This document shows, piece by piece, positions 1 through 8,985 of a stretch of DNA of 64,000 nt (positions within the stretch are counted from its first letter, which is position 1; every line of letters begins with the position of its first letter). A program made the position numbers and the translations under genes. The notes under the pieces are model-generated. The model ran no database searches. It saw nothing but the letters and a program-made list of their open reading frames with translations, and was not told where the DNA came from. The DNA is from a virus. Its lineage: Duplodnaviria > Caudoviricetes. The stretch covers positions 32,001-96,000 of IMG/VR virus record IMGVR_UViG_3300027804_000038; one strand, written 5' to 3'.

Positions 1-106
1 CCTTTTCGGCTGGTTTATTGTATAAACTATATACAATTATCAATAAAATTATTATTACAACATAATACCAATACTTATTTAAATTATATATAATTTCAGT
101 AATCAA
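1..106 (-). CDS. Partial membrane-anchored protein running off the left edge (possible lysis accessory/spanin-like)
   Basis: Open minus-strand frame from TTG at 106: (M)ITEIIYNLNKYWYYVVIIILLIIVYSLYNKPAEK, containing one clear TM helix. The ATG at 111-109 is out of frame (see findings). Confidence 0.45.
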   Translation of the reverse strand, partial: MITEIIYNLNKYWYYVVIIILLIIVYSLYNKPAEK

Positions 107-110
107 TCCA

Positions 111-374
111 TTAGGAGTTTTCATCATCATCTTTATTTTTACCTTTATTAAATATTTTTTCAATCACAGTTAAACCCATTCCACCTCCTGATATTAAGGC
201 TAAACCGTCAAACATAAATTCAGGTAAAATTTTACCCATAAATGTTGCAACGTATGCTAAGACTAATATATTGACTATAATAACAATACTTACAACTCTT
301 TTAGATGAAACTTCTCCCTTTGCGGATAATAGTTTGGTAAACCAATTTTGTTTTTTTGGTGATTTAGTTTCCAT
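111..374 (-). CDS. Small two-TM membrane protein, holin-like
   Basis: 87 aa; basic N-terminus, SSKRV followed by two hydrophobic helices, charged C-tail; TATTTATA box upstream. Holin function is inference. Confidence 0.6.
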   Translation of the reverse strand: METKSPKKQNWFTKLLSAKGEVSSKRVVSIVIIVNILVLAYVATFMGKILPEFMFDGLALISGGGMGLTVIEKIFNKGKNKDDDENS

Positions 375-397
375 AATAGTACATTTTACTATAAATA

Positions 398-538
398 TTA
401 CCTTCCTTGTCCTCTGTAAGGTTTTTTATAGTTTTTAGAACGTTTATTTGACGTTTCTTTTTTTGAAAATCTACCGACTTTTTTACTTCCAAAATTTATT
501 TTTTGAGAATTTGCTGTTTTTGATGTTTTTGCTGCCAT
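398..538 (-). CDS. 46-aa highly basic protein ending KNYKKPYRGQGR (missed by the ORF track)
   Basis: Manual translation: MAAKTSKTANSQKINFGSKKVGRFSKKETSNKRSKNYKKPYRGQGR*. It fills the gap between neighbouring genes; the YRGQG-type C-terminus is a motif I recognise from small phage proteins. Confidence 0.75.
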   Translation of the reverse strand: MAAKTSKTANSQKINFGSKKVGRFSKKETSNKRSKNYKKPYRGQGR

Positions 539-626
539 ATTATAACGTTTATCTTTAAATATCAAAGTATTTATATTTTAAATAAGATAGCTTCTATCAT
601 AAACATTAAATACGATTCAATGGATA

Positions 627-857
627 ATGACGACATGGAGGAATGTTTTCCGAAAAAATGTTGCAACAGTATGCTTAATTCTGGCAACATTCTTCAACCC
701 TTTAGGGTTCGACGTAATCTTCAAAATGGTTTTAGATTATACGAATTCTTATTGGAATACAACTTTCATTTTTTATATCGTATCGCTATTATTCTTTGGG
801 TTATATTTCTTGCTTCGAAAATCACTTAATAATGACAAACTTATCAAAAAAAATTAA
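627..857 (+). CDS. Small membrane protein, unknown function
   Basis: 76 aa with two hydrophobic segments; ATG in A-rich context. Confidence 0.65.
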   Translation: MTTWRNVFRKNVATVCLILATFFNPLGFDVIFKMVLDYTNSYWNTTFIFYIVSLLFFGLYFLLRKSLNNDKLIKKN

Positions 858-1629
858 AAATATATTAATGGAATCTGATTATACGACTGATTCTGATAGA
901 CCAACACAACCAAGAGAATTTGAGATAAAATCAATGTTTGGTCAAAAGTATGGTCCTTATATTCCAAACGATGTTTTAAGATATATTCGTAAAAATCCTG
1001 CTTTATTTGTTAAAAGGTTATATGAGATATACGGTAATAAGTTACAGGAATATTTAGATAATGCAAAAAATGAAGGCTTAATTGAAATTACAGAATCAAT
1101 GAAATTTCATTTAGATAACAAAATTCCATTGACTGAAAATGTCTATAGACCTCACTCGGATGCCTTTTTTAATTTAATTAATGAAGCTAGAGAACTACAC
1201 AAAAAAGGTATTGTACAATTTAAAAAAGACGAAATTGAATTATTAGAATCTGATTTGGGAACCAAAGTTAAACTTTCAAACGGACAAGAAGTTTATTTGG
1301 ACATTCCAATAGTTGAGGAGTCGTTGAATGAAGCGGAATATAAAGGAAGAAAAGTTCAAATAGGTAAACCTATGAGAAATACTGGAGGTGGTAAAAAATA
1401 TGTAGTATATGTTAAAAACCCATCAACAGGTAAAGTTAAGAAAATATCTTTTGGAGATGCACATGGAGGATTAACTGCCAAAGTATCAAATCCTAAAGCT
1501 AGAAAAGCTTTCGCTTCAAGACATCAATGTGATAAGAAAAAAGACAGAATGACTGCGGGTTATTGGGCTTGTAGAATAAATAGATATGGACACCTATGGG
1601 GTGGAAAAACTTATCCTGGATATTGGTAA
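832..1629 (+). CDS. Conserved phage protein with a C-terminal basic Cys-containing module (FGD...RHQC...YWAC)
   Basis: Start moved to ATG 832 (MTNLSKK). Acidic N-terminal part with I/L-x-E sites, then LNE|AEYKGRK and a basic module of a type common in T4-like aquatic phages. Confidence 0.8.
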   Translation: MTNLSKKIKNILMESDYTTDSDRPTQPREFEIKSMFGQKYGPYIPNDVLRYIRKNPALFVKRLYEIYGNKLQEYLDNAKNEGLIEITESMKFHLDNKIPLTENVYRPHSDAFFNLINEARELHKKGIVQFKKDEIELLESDLGTKVKLSNGQEVYLDIPIVEESLNEAEYKGRKVQIGKPMRNTGGGKKYVVYVKNPSTGKVKKISFGDAHGGLTAKVSNPKARKAFASRHQCDKKKDRMTAGYWACRINRYGHLWGGKTYPGYW

Positions 1630-1898
1630 TGAAACTTCCTTTTTCACAAAAAGATTTAACTGAAAATGTTAAAATAAGAACATTTAACCAAGATACAGAT
1701 TCTGGTGAATTTACATGGCATAGAGATAGAGAAGACAGAATAGTTGAGTTAATAGAGGGTAAAAATTGGTACACTCAGTTAGATAATGAGCTACCTAAAA
1801 AACTAACTAAAGAAAATAAAGTTTATATACCTAAAGGTATTTACCATAGAGTTATAAAAGGAGACGGAGATTTAGTAGTTAAAATAACTTTTTTATAA
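1629..1898 (+). CDS. Small cupin-like protein
   Basis: ATG overlaps the previous TAA; WHRDREDR...IPKGIYHRVIKG cupin-type motifs. Confidence 0.75.
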   Translation: MKLPFSQKDLTENVKIRTFNQDTDSGEFTWHRDREDRIVELIEGKNWYTQLDNELPKKLTKENKVYIPKGIYHRVIKGDGDLVVKITFL

Positions 1899-2878
1899 TG
1901 ACAGAGAAAGAAATAGAACTAGTAAATAAATTGTTTAAAAAAAAAGAAAATCACATAGTTGATGGTTCTTTTGGTCAAATTAAACTTTATTATAATTTTA
2001 AAATCACAGGTATAAAACCTATGATATCTATTGGTGAATGGAAAAATTATTTAACATGTAATATTACTGTAACAAAAGTAGAAGGGCCTAATGCAAGATT
2101 ATTCGAGTTGTTACCTAAAATTAATTTAAGGTTAAAAGAATTTAATATCTATATAGAAACTTTAATGAGAAGATTTGGTAACGATGTTGAAAATTCATTA
2201 AAGATATTTGACGTTGATAGAGTTATTGTTGAGAGACTTGAATTTGCTGAGGACATGATTGTTGTTGACAGTTTACCTAAAATTGAAAATTTAACCGAAT
2301 CTAAAGTAAAACGAAATGTTATAAGAAATGTTATTAGAGATATTACTAACATAGTAAAGATTGGTGAAGAAGATGAGTATAACTTACCCTATGACATTAA
2401 TGGTGAAGACGAGTATTATTTCGATGGGTTGCCCCCATTTAATATATTATTAGAGACAGTTAAAAGTGATAAAATTAGAGGTAATAAACCATATCAAATA
2501 GATGCTGATTATGTTATAGGTCAAAATGAAATTAATGTTTTATTAATTTATAAAGAAAATGAATTAAGTAAGTCACTATACAATATGATTGGAGACCTTA
2601 ACGATTATATCTCTCATGAACTACAGCATTTAAAACAAGAAGATGAGGGTACTATTGATGATAACAATGAATTTAAAGGAACTAACAAGGATTATTTTCT
2701 ACAAAGAGATGAAATAGAAGCTCAGTATCGAGGGTTTAAAAACAAATCAAAAATAACAAACCAACCCATAACTAAGGTGATAGATGATTGGTTTAAAGAA
2801 AATTCAGAAAGATTTGATTTGACTGATGAAGATGTTGAAGAAATTAAAACTGAGATATTAAAATACGGAAATTCTTAA
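1898..2878 (+). CDS. Protein with a C-terminal zincin-like metallopeptidase motif
   Basis: SHELQHLKQE (HExxH) followed by DEIEA third-ligand-like motif; TAATG coupling. Confidence 0.65.
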   Translation: MTEKEIELVNKLFKKKENHIVDGSFGQIKLYYNFKITGIKPMISIGEWKNYLTCNITVTKVEGPNARLFELLPKINLRLKEFNIYIETLMRRFGNDVENSLKIFDVDRVIVERLEFAEDMIVVDSLPKIENLTESKVKRNVIRNVIRDITNIVKIGEEDEYNLPYDINGEDEYYFDGLPPFNILLETVKSDKIRGNKPYQIDADYVIGQNEINVLLIYKENELSKSLYNMIGDLNDYISHELQHLKQEDEGTIDDNNEFKGTNKDYFLQRDEIEAQYRGFKNKSKITNQPITKVIDDWFKENSERFDLTDEDVEEIKTEILKYGNS

Positions 2879-3498
2879 TTTTTAACTTTCTCAAATAATT
2901 TTTTAATCAAATTATTCATAAGAGAACTTGATAAACTTGTCACTCTCGCGGCTACAAGTCTCTCACCAACTTCAAGTAATTGTTCTAATGTTACATTAGA
3001 AGTTTCAATCATTGTTATTAATATTCCTAAAATTGGTATTAAAAATGTAAAACTCGCAATGTTCAGGGCGTTTGAAACGGTTAACCCAATTGATTCTAAA
3101 AATTTAAAAAGTGCTGCTTGTAATTCATTTCCTTTTTTTAATGCGGACTCAAAAACTTTAGATAATTTTTTTTCTTTAATTTTTTCGTAGATATTCTTTA
3201 TGCTATCTACATTATTATAAAATAACAATGAAGTTACCCCTAATGATATCATATAAACATCGGACTCGCTTAATTCAGGATTTTCACCTTTAATAAATGA
3301 ATTTAACGGACCTATAAATCCTGCGATTGTTGAGCTCCAAGTCAATAAAAACTTAACATCTAACTTAAATAACCTGTCAGATTCTTTCGCCGATTTTTTA
3401 CCAATATTAACTAACTCGTTAATAATTTTACCTAAATCATTAAGTATTGATTCTGTAATTAATCTTTGATTTGACTCTTCAGTAATTATAACTTTCAT
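2875..3498 (-). CDS. Hypothetical membrane/virion protein
   Basis: 207 aa; N-terminal MKVIITEE...LITE motif; several hydrophobic helices. Confidence 0.7.
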   Translation of the reverse strand: MKVIITEESNQRLITESILNDLGKIINELVNIGKKSAKESDRLFKLDVKFLLTWSSTIAGFIGPLNSFIKGENPELSESDVYMISLGVTSLLFYNNVDSIKNIYEKIKEKKLSKVFESALKKGNELQAALFKFLESIGLTVSNALNIASFTFLIPILGILITMIETSNVTLEQLLEVGERLVAARVTSLSSSLMNNLIKKLFEKVKN

Positions 3499-3500
3499 TG

Positions 3501-3512
3501 TATTTATAAATA
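3501..3512. promoter_or_regulatory. Palindromic bidirectional TATTTATAAATA box between divergent genes
   Basis: Perfect 12-bp palindrome giving TATTTATA on each strand, 5-6 nt before both start codons (3498 minus, 3514 plus). Confidence 0.6.
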
Positions 3513-3513
3513 T

Positions 3514-4116
3514 ATGATTGAAAAAATTAATCCTAAATTATCGGTCGGAGATAGAATAATTTGTTTAGAAATGGCCGATGAGCCGACTATGATAGGCCAA
3601 AGAGGTACTATAACTAAAGTACATGATAGACTTTTAGATACTCTTGGTTTAGTTTATGATGTTAATTGGGATAATGGTAGTAAATTAACTTTATTAAATA
3701 CTGATTATTGGACTTCTGAAAAAAATATGAAAAATATACAAGAAAGCTCGGAAAAAGAATTTATGGATAAAATAATGTCTAATGCAGACGTATTTAAATT
3801 ATTTGATTTAAAATTTTTATTTAAATTTTTAGAAAAATTAAGAGAATCTGGTGTTGTTAATATGTTTGGGGCTTCACCATATCTATATATGGGTAGTGAA
3901 AGAATTACTCACGAACATTATTACAACGAATCAAAAGATGAAGAAGCTTTCGATGAATTAGTCGAAATGTCTGATGAAGCCAAAGACAAGATGATTCAAG
4001 GAAGTATTAAAGTTTTGAATAAAATGAAAAAAGAAGTAACCGTTGAATCAGTATCTAGAATTGTTAGAAATTATTCTAAAAAAGTTTTAGACATGTGGAT
4101 GACTACCTACCACTAA
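3514..4116 (+). CDS. Hypothetical protein (SH3-like DUF4314-type N-terminus; LRESGVVNMFGA C-terminal domain)
   Basis: GDRI..LEM...GTI..V...VNWDNGSKL motif; second conserved phage motif LRESGxxNMFGA. Confidence 0.7.
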   Translation: MIEKINPKLSVGDRIICLEMADEPTMIGQRGTITKVHDRLLDTLGLVYDVNWDNGSKLTLLNTDYWTSEKNMKNIQESSEKEFMDKIMSNADVFKLFDLKFLFKFLEKLRESGVVNMFGASPYLYMGSERITHEHYYNESKDEEAFDELVEMSDEAKDKMIQGSIKVLNKMKKEVTVESVSRIVRNYSKKVLDMWMTTYH

Positions 4117-4344
4117 AAATATTGGATTTTGCTCACCAAAATACCCACCAATAATATTAAAATCAAAGTATTCATAAGCTTCTTCTGAACTCATGTCCTT
4201 ACAAAGTTTGGAAATTATCATATCTTTAGAGTAAAGAATTCTTGTTAAACCACCGAATTCTTCAGTAATTCCAATAATACAATCATCAAATCCATTCAGA
4301 ATTATTGCCCCTTCTGCAAGCTCATCCAACAAAACTCTCTCCAT
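4087..4344 (-). CDS. Conserved phage hypothetical protein
   Basis: GFDDCIIG...EEAYEYFDFNIIGGYFGEQNPIF motif typical of small phage proteins. Confidence 0.75.
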   Translation of the reverse strand: MERVLLDELAEGAIILNGFDDCIIGITEEFGGLTRILYSKDMIISKLCKDMSSEEAYEYFDFNIIGGYFGEQNPIFLVVGSHPHV

Positions 4345-4843
4345 TTTTAAATTCTTCTAAAGTTATACCTTGTGTATCTTTATCACTTATTTTCATTTTG
4401 AAAATAAATCCTGTCATATATTTTGTGACAATTTCTTTAACTTCATTTACTGAATACCAATCAATACAACCTTCATCTTTTTGAGAATACTCATTATCTA
4501 CAAGATAGTTAATAATAGTATCTCGTTCTAAGGTTAGAAATCCGTGAGCACAATTATTCGGAACTAAAACAGAATTACCTTCCTTTAGAACAAAAACATC
4601 AACTTTGCCAAAATCAGAACTATTTTTATCAATATTAACAATAAAGTCAACAATTTTACCTTGGACTACTGAAACTAATTTTGTTTGAGACTTTGGATTT
4701 TTTTGATAGTGTAATCCTCTAAATACAAAAATATCTGTATTAATACTAATGTTTGATTGTACCCATTTTTCAGATAGTTTAATTGGTACAAATTTACCCC
4801 TATGGTCTGTAAAAACTGGTTGAGATAAAATCTGTGGTTTCAT
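4322..4843 (-). CDS. rmlC: dTDP-4-dehydrorhamnose 3,5-epimerase
   Basis: DHRGKF, FRGLHYQ, QTKLVSVVQG, AHGFLTL motifs. Confidence 0.9.
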   Translation of the reverse strand: MKPQILSQPVFTDHRGKFVPIKLSEKWVQSNISINTDIFVFRGLHYQKNPKSQTKLVSVVQGKIVDFIVNIDKNSSDFGKVDVFVLKEGNSVLVPNNCAHGFLTLERDTIINYLVDNEYSQKDEGCIDWYSVNEVKEIVTKYMTGFIFKMKISDKDTQGITLEEFKNGESFVG

Positions 4844-4915
4844 TTAATAAACTTAACTTAAAAATATTTTTTTGTCAATTGATAAGGTACATATATTTAT
4901 TGCTAAACTTTAATA

Positions 4916-5392
4916 ATGAAAACATATTTTTTAAACATATCTGAGGAAGAAAAAAAATCAATTACTGAAAAACATAGAGAACTATATAATGGTTATCAAA
5001 CTTTACAACCTGAAAATAAAATGTCTCCATTGAATGTTGAGAATTTGGCTCAGGATGATAAAGGGGCTACTCTTAATAATAAGTTTGAAGTTACTGAATA
5101 TAAAAACAAAGGTATTAATAAACCTATGATGACACAATGTAATGAATGTGGCAATATGGTTAACGAAGGAGATGTTTGTGAATGTTCAGGATATAAAATG
5201 GAAGAAAAACAAATGTGTGATGAATGTGGTTCACCTATGAATGAAGATAATGTTTGTGAATGTGGTGAAAGAGGTATGAAATATTCTGAAGAAGAAATTA
5301 AGGAAAGTATTAAAGTTAAATCTAAAGCAGATAAAGTGTACGAACAAATTAATGAATCATTGGATTGGTTCAGAAGATTTAAAAAATACTAA
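4916..5392 (+). CDS. Hypothetical virion-associated protein with duplicated CxECG-x7-CEC Zn-ribbon
   Basis: CNECGNMVNEGDVCECSG and CDECGSPMNEDNVCECGE; N-terminal MKTYF..ITE. Confidence 0.75.
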   Translation: MKTYFLNISEEEKKSITEKHRELYNGYQTLQPENKMSPLNVENLAQDDKGATLNNKFEVTEYKNKGINKPMMTQCNECGNMVNEGDVCECSGYKMEEKQMCDECGSPMNEDNVCECGERGMKYSEEEIKESIKVKSKADKVYEQINESLDWFRRFKKY

Positions 5393-5721
5393 TGATTAAG
5401 GTTAAACAAATAATTGATTATTATTATAATCCATCTACCGATATTATTGAGGTTAGATTTAGAATTTCTGGAGACCCTGAAACTGAAATGAGGGAATCCG
5501 AGTTTGAAATTTCAACAACTAAAGACTACGGGTATTTAATAATAGATTCGGATAGTTATGAATCTGAAGATTTAAATTTTGATTACGAAGAGGAAACTGA
5601 CGAATTAATACTTAATGACAATATTGATGAGTTTTCAGTTGATAAGAAAGAATTAAGAAATTTTTTATCTGAATATTATACTGAAAATCCGAGTGAACTC
5701 CCTGAATTAACTTCATTCTAA
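5392..5721 (+). CDS. Acidic hypothetical protein
   Basis: 109-aa ORF coupled by TAATG. Confidence 0.7.
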   Translation: MIKVKQIIDYYYNPSTDIIEVRFRISGDPETEMRESEFEISTTKDYGYLIIDSDSYESEDLNFDYEEETDELILNDNIDEFSVDKKELRNFLSEYYTENPSELPELTSF

Positions 5722-5783
5722 TTTTTTTACAAAAAACAATTTATTTATTTTCTTAGTATTTATACTATAAAGTGTAAATTACC

Positions 5784-6026
5784 ATGAAATTCGATATCGA
5801 TTCATACATATCAATATTAAATTCAATATCATCACCATTAAATAAATCTGAACTCGGTGAACAAGATTCTGCAGCAGGTGGAGGTGGAGCAGGTGATACA
5901 CTTAAAAGAGGGTCCAATTGGAACGAACTTTATACAATAAAAAGAGGTAAGGCAAATATGTTAGGTAAAAAGGGAGAGAAATGGTCTACAGGACTTACCA
6001 GAGGAATTGCAAATCAAATTTGGTAA
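5784..6026 (+). CDS. Small hypothetical protein with RGKAN/RGIAN duplication
   Basis: 80 aa; TATTTATA box at 5757-5764; abuts the next gene. Confidence 0.7.
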   Translation: MKFDIDSYISILNSISSPLNKSELGEQDSAAGGGGAGDTLKRGSNWNELYTIKRGKANMLGKKGEKWSTGLTRGIANQIW

Positions 6027-8948
6027 ATGGAAGACAATCAAAAAGAATTGATAAATAAGGTCTTGTTGTTAATGAATTATGATAATAAAAAAACATTAAC
6101 TGAAAACAAAAAAAATATTTTAAATGAGCAAATTCCTGGCTCAACACATCCATTACCTTTAAATTGGAAAAATAATATTCCATTACCTAAAGTGGGTGAA
6201 TGGTTACCAAATACGGATAGTCGAATTTTAAATAATAAAATAAAAGATAATTTTAGAAAAGATAAGGAAGGGAACGGGGCGTATTTTATACCAACAGGGG
6301 GTGAAAATTCTGACGGAGATTATTTACAACCATTTTATATGTGGGATAGCAAAGTTTATTCGGATAAAAATGGTGACCAATATATCAAAATGGAGGAATG
6401 GGTGGAAGACCCAAAAAGTACTAATGTAATGTGGGGGTATAAAAAAACTGGTAATTCTAAAGATTTTTATTTAACTAAAAACGGAAAAAAAATAAAAGAG
6501 AACCCTTTTACTATGAGGGGAAGTGGAAAAAATCAACGTGTTGATTATAACAATATAGAGACAAAAGGTTCAGATATCTTCTTAGATAAAAATGGTAATA
6601 TAAAAGACCCAGATAAAAATTTGAAAGAATTTTTAAATAGATTAGATACTACAAACGTAAAAGAAAAAAAAGAATTTGATTCTTTATTAAATGCTTGGGT
6701 AAACTACCTCATGTCCAAAAATTTAACTGAATTATTGGGTGTTTATGATAAAGTAGTTTCTTTTGGGAAAGGTGGTAATACTAAAGATTTACCAAATTAT
6801 GGTAAGGGTACAACTACTTTAGGTAGTATTGTATTAGAAAATGAAATTTACAACAGAAAATCGCAAGCAGGACAAAATCCACCTAAACCTGAAGATATTG
6901 ATGGTAAAAGCAAATACGGGATACCCCAAGGATATTTCATAAAAACCGCAACCGATTTATATAACTCTTTATATGAAAGTAAGCCAAATGAATCTGATGG
7001 TAATGAATTTAGGGGTTGGTTTATTAAACAATACCCTGATAAAGCAAAAAATCCATGCGGTGATGGTGAAAATTTAGACCCTGAAGGAAAATACGATAAT
7101 AAATATATACTTTGTGCCGCGGAATATAAACCTAAAGGGTCGGATAAAACTGCTTATCAATTATTCAAACAAACTAAGGAACAAAAGAATGTTACTATGG
7201 ACGCTGGTCCAAAATTATCCGACAAATATAGTCTTGATTCTGAAAATTTAGGTGTTGTTAATAAAAATTGCATACCATTTTGTTTTTTAAATGATGATGA
7301 ATTAAAAGTTTTCAAATCTTGTATTGGAAACCCTTCATCTGAAGAATGGAAATATTTAGAACAATCATGGTACGCAAATGCTATGGAAAATACTGATAAC
7401 AGTAAAGAAGCGCTATCAACAGCAATAAGACTTAAATTATTTTCATGTCAACCACTTAAAATATCAAAGGAAAATGCCGAATTTTTATCACAAAAAATTG
7501 ATAATAAAATTTATGGTAAATTAACAAAAATGATTGGGGCTCAAGACGTTCAAGGGCAATCAAGAAGAGCTAAAGAACAAAAGATTGAAAATGAGGCCCA
7601 AAAACAAGAGTTTTATAAATGGGTAATTAAACAACAAAGAGTTACTAACATTTATGATATTAAATGGTTAGAATGTACAATAGGACTTAAAACAGAAGAT
7701 GAGTGTGGAGATACTCCATATTGCGGAAGAGCTGGTAAAGACTTTTTGGAAAAAATTGCGAGAGGCGAATTAAAAACTACTAAAGGTAAAACTGTTGGTA
7801 ACCCGTATAGAGACTCTGGTGGAAATATTAAACACTACATTCCTGATACATATGACGGTTCAAGTATGGATAATCAGTGGGATATACCATGTTCATCAGA
7901 TTTTTGGGATGAATGGGGGGGAACTATTCAAATTGGTGCGGCAATTGCTGGGGTAATTGCATCTACAATACTTGCAGGACCATTAGGTGCTACTGAAACT
8001 CTTGCGTTACTCGCGGAACTATCAATAGACGCCGCCGCTGGGTCATACGCATTATATCAATCAGTAAAAGAAAAAAATAATGTTGACATTGCCGCAAATG
8101 CTGTCTTTTTAGCGTTACCGTTTTTATTAGATTTACCCGCAACAGACAAATTATTTAAAGAATTTAAATATGGTAAAACAAACATTTCTAATTTAAATGA
8201 TAAATTTAACGCATTTAAACTATCTAACCCACAATACACTTCTGATGAACTTTCAACGTGGATGAAAAATCTTAATGGACATGAACTCGCAACTTTTAAT
8301 AAAGTTATTAGTAAATCAGAAACTGATAAATATTTCCAATCCCAACTTAAAGACGCAATTAAAAAACAATCGGATTTAATGGCAGGCGCAAAATTAACAG
8401 GTGCAAGATATTGGGTACCAAATTCAACAATGTTAAAAATGTTAATTTATGTTGGACCAATGGCTGGATATATTTTTGCAATTAGAAACAAATCGATTAA
8501 AGATAATTTAATTAGATTACAGAATAATAAAAAATTAACGGTACAACAGGTGATTGCTTGGGATGCTGCTTTAATGGGATTAACTAATGACCAATATCTT
8601 GAATTGGCAAATAGGATTAAAAATAACCCAAATTATTTTGTAGAACAATCAAATACCCCTGAATTTAAAAATTTAGAAAAAACAAAAAAACAACTAGAAA
8701 ATACAAAAATAACTGAAGAGGATGCGAAAAGGTTTGAAGATGAGTTTAATAAAAATGTTGAATTACTTTTAAAACAACAAAATCTTGATGGAGACAAACC
8801 AACAGTGAGCAGTACAAGTGAGGAAATCCCTAACCCTGAAACATCTAATGGAATTGAAATAAACCCCAATGACGTTGAAAAGTATGAGGATGAGGGATAT
8901 ACTGTTAGAAAAGATGCTTCTACAAAAAAATATTACGCATACAAATAA
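6027..8948 (+). CDS. Large (973 aa) putative internal virion/ejection protein
   Basis: N-terminal LTE/LNE sites; Gly/Ala-rich hydrophobic helices around aa 630-690; two modules shared with ORF 10517. Confidence 0.75.
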   Translation: MEDNQKELINKVLLLMNYDNKKTLTENKKNILNEQIPGSTHPLPLNWKNNIPLPKVGEWLPNTDSRILNNKIKDNFRKDKEGNGAYFIPTGGENSDGDYLQPFYMWDSKVYSDKNGDQYIKMEEWVEDPKSTNVMWGYKKTGNSKDFYLTKNGKKIKENPFTMRGSGKNQRVDYNNIETKGSDIFLDKNGNIKDPDKNLKEFLNRLDTTNVKEKKEFDSLLNAWVNYLMSKNLTELLGVYDKVVSFGKGGNTKDLPNYGKGTTTLGSIVLENEIYNRKSQAGQNPPKPEDIDGKSKYGIPQGYFIKTATDLYNSLYESKPNESDGNEFRGWFIKQYPDKAKNPCGDGENLDPEGKYDNKYILCAAEYKPKGSDKTAYQLFKQTKEQKNVTMDAGPKLSDKYSLDSENLGVVNKNCIPFCFLNDDELKVFKSCIGNPSSEEWKYLEQSWYANAMENTDNSKEALSTAIRLKLFSCQPLKISKENAEFLSQKIDNKIYGKLTKMIGAQDVQGQSRRAKEQKIENEAQKQEFYKWVIKQQRVTNIYDIKWLECTIGLKTEDECGDTPYCGRAGKDFLEKIARGELKTTKGKTVGNPYRDSGGNIKHYIPDTYDGSSMDNQWDIPCSSDFWDEWGGTIQIGAAIAGVIASTILAGPLGATETLALLAELSIDAAAGSYALYQSVKEKNNVDIAANAVFLALPFLLDLPATDKLFKEFKYGKTNISNLNDKFNAFKLSNPQYTSDELSTWMKNLNGHELATFNKVISKSETDKYFQSQLKDAIKKQSDLMAGAKLTGARYWVPNSTMLKMLIYVGPMAGYIFAIRNKSIKDNLIRLQNNKKLTVQQVIAWDAALMGLTNDQYLELANRIKNNPNYFVEQSNTPEFKNLEKTKKQLENTKITEEDAKRFEDEFNKNVELLLKQQNLDGDKPTVSSTSEEIPNPETSNGIEINPNDVEKYEDEGYTVRKDASTKKYYAYK

Positions 8949-8985
8949 ATGATTAAATTAATATATTTATAAAATAAAAAAAACT

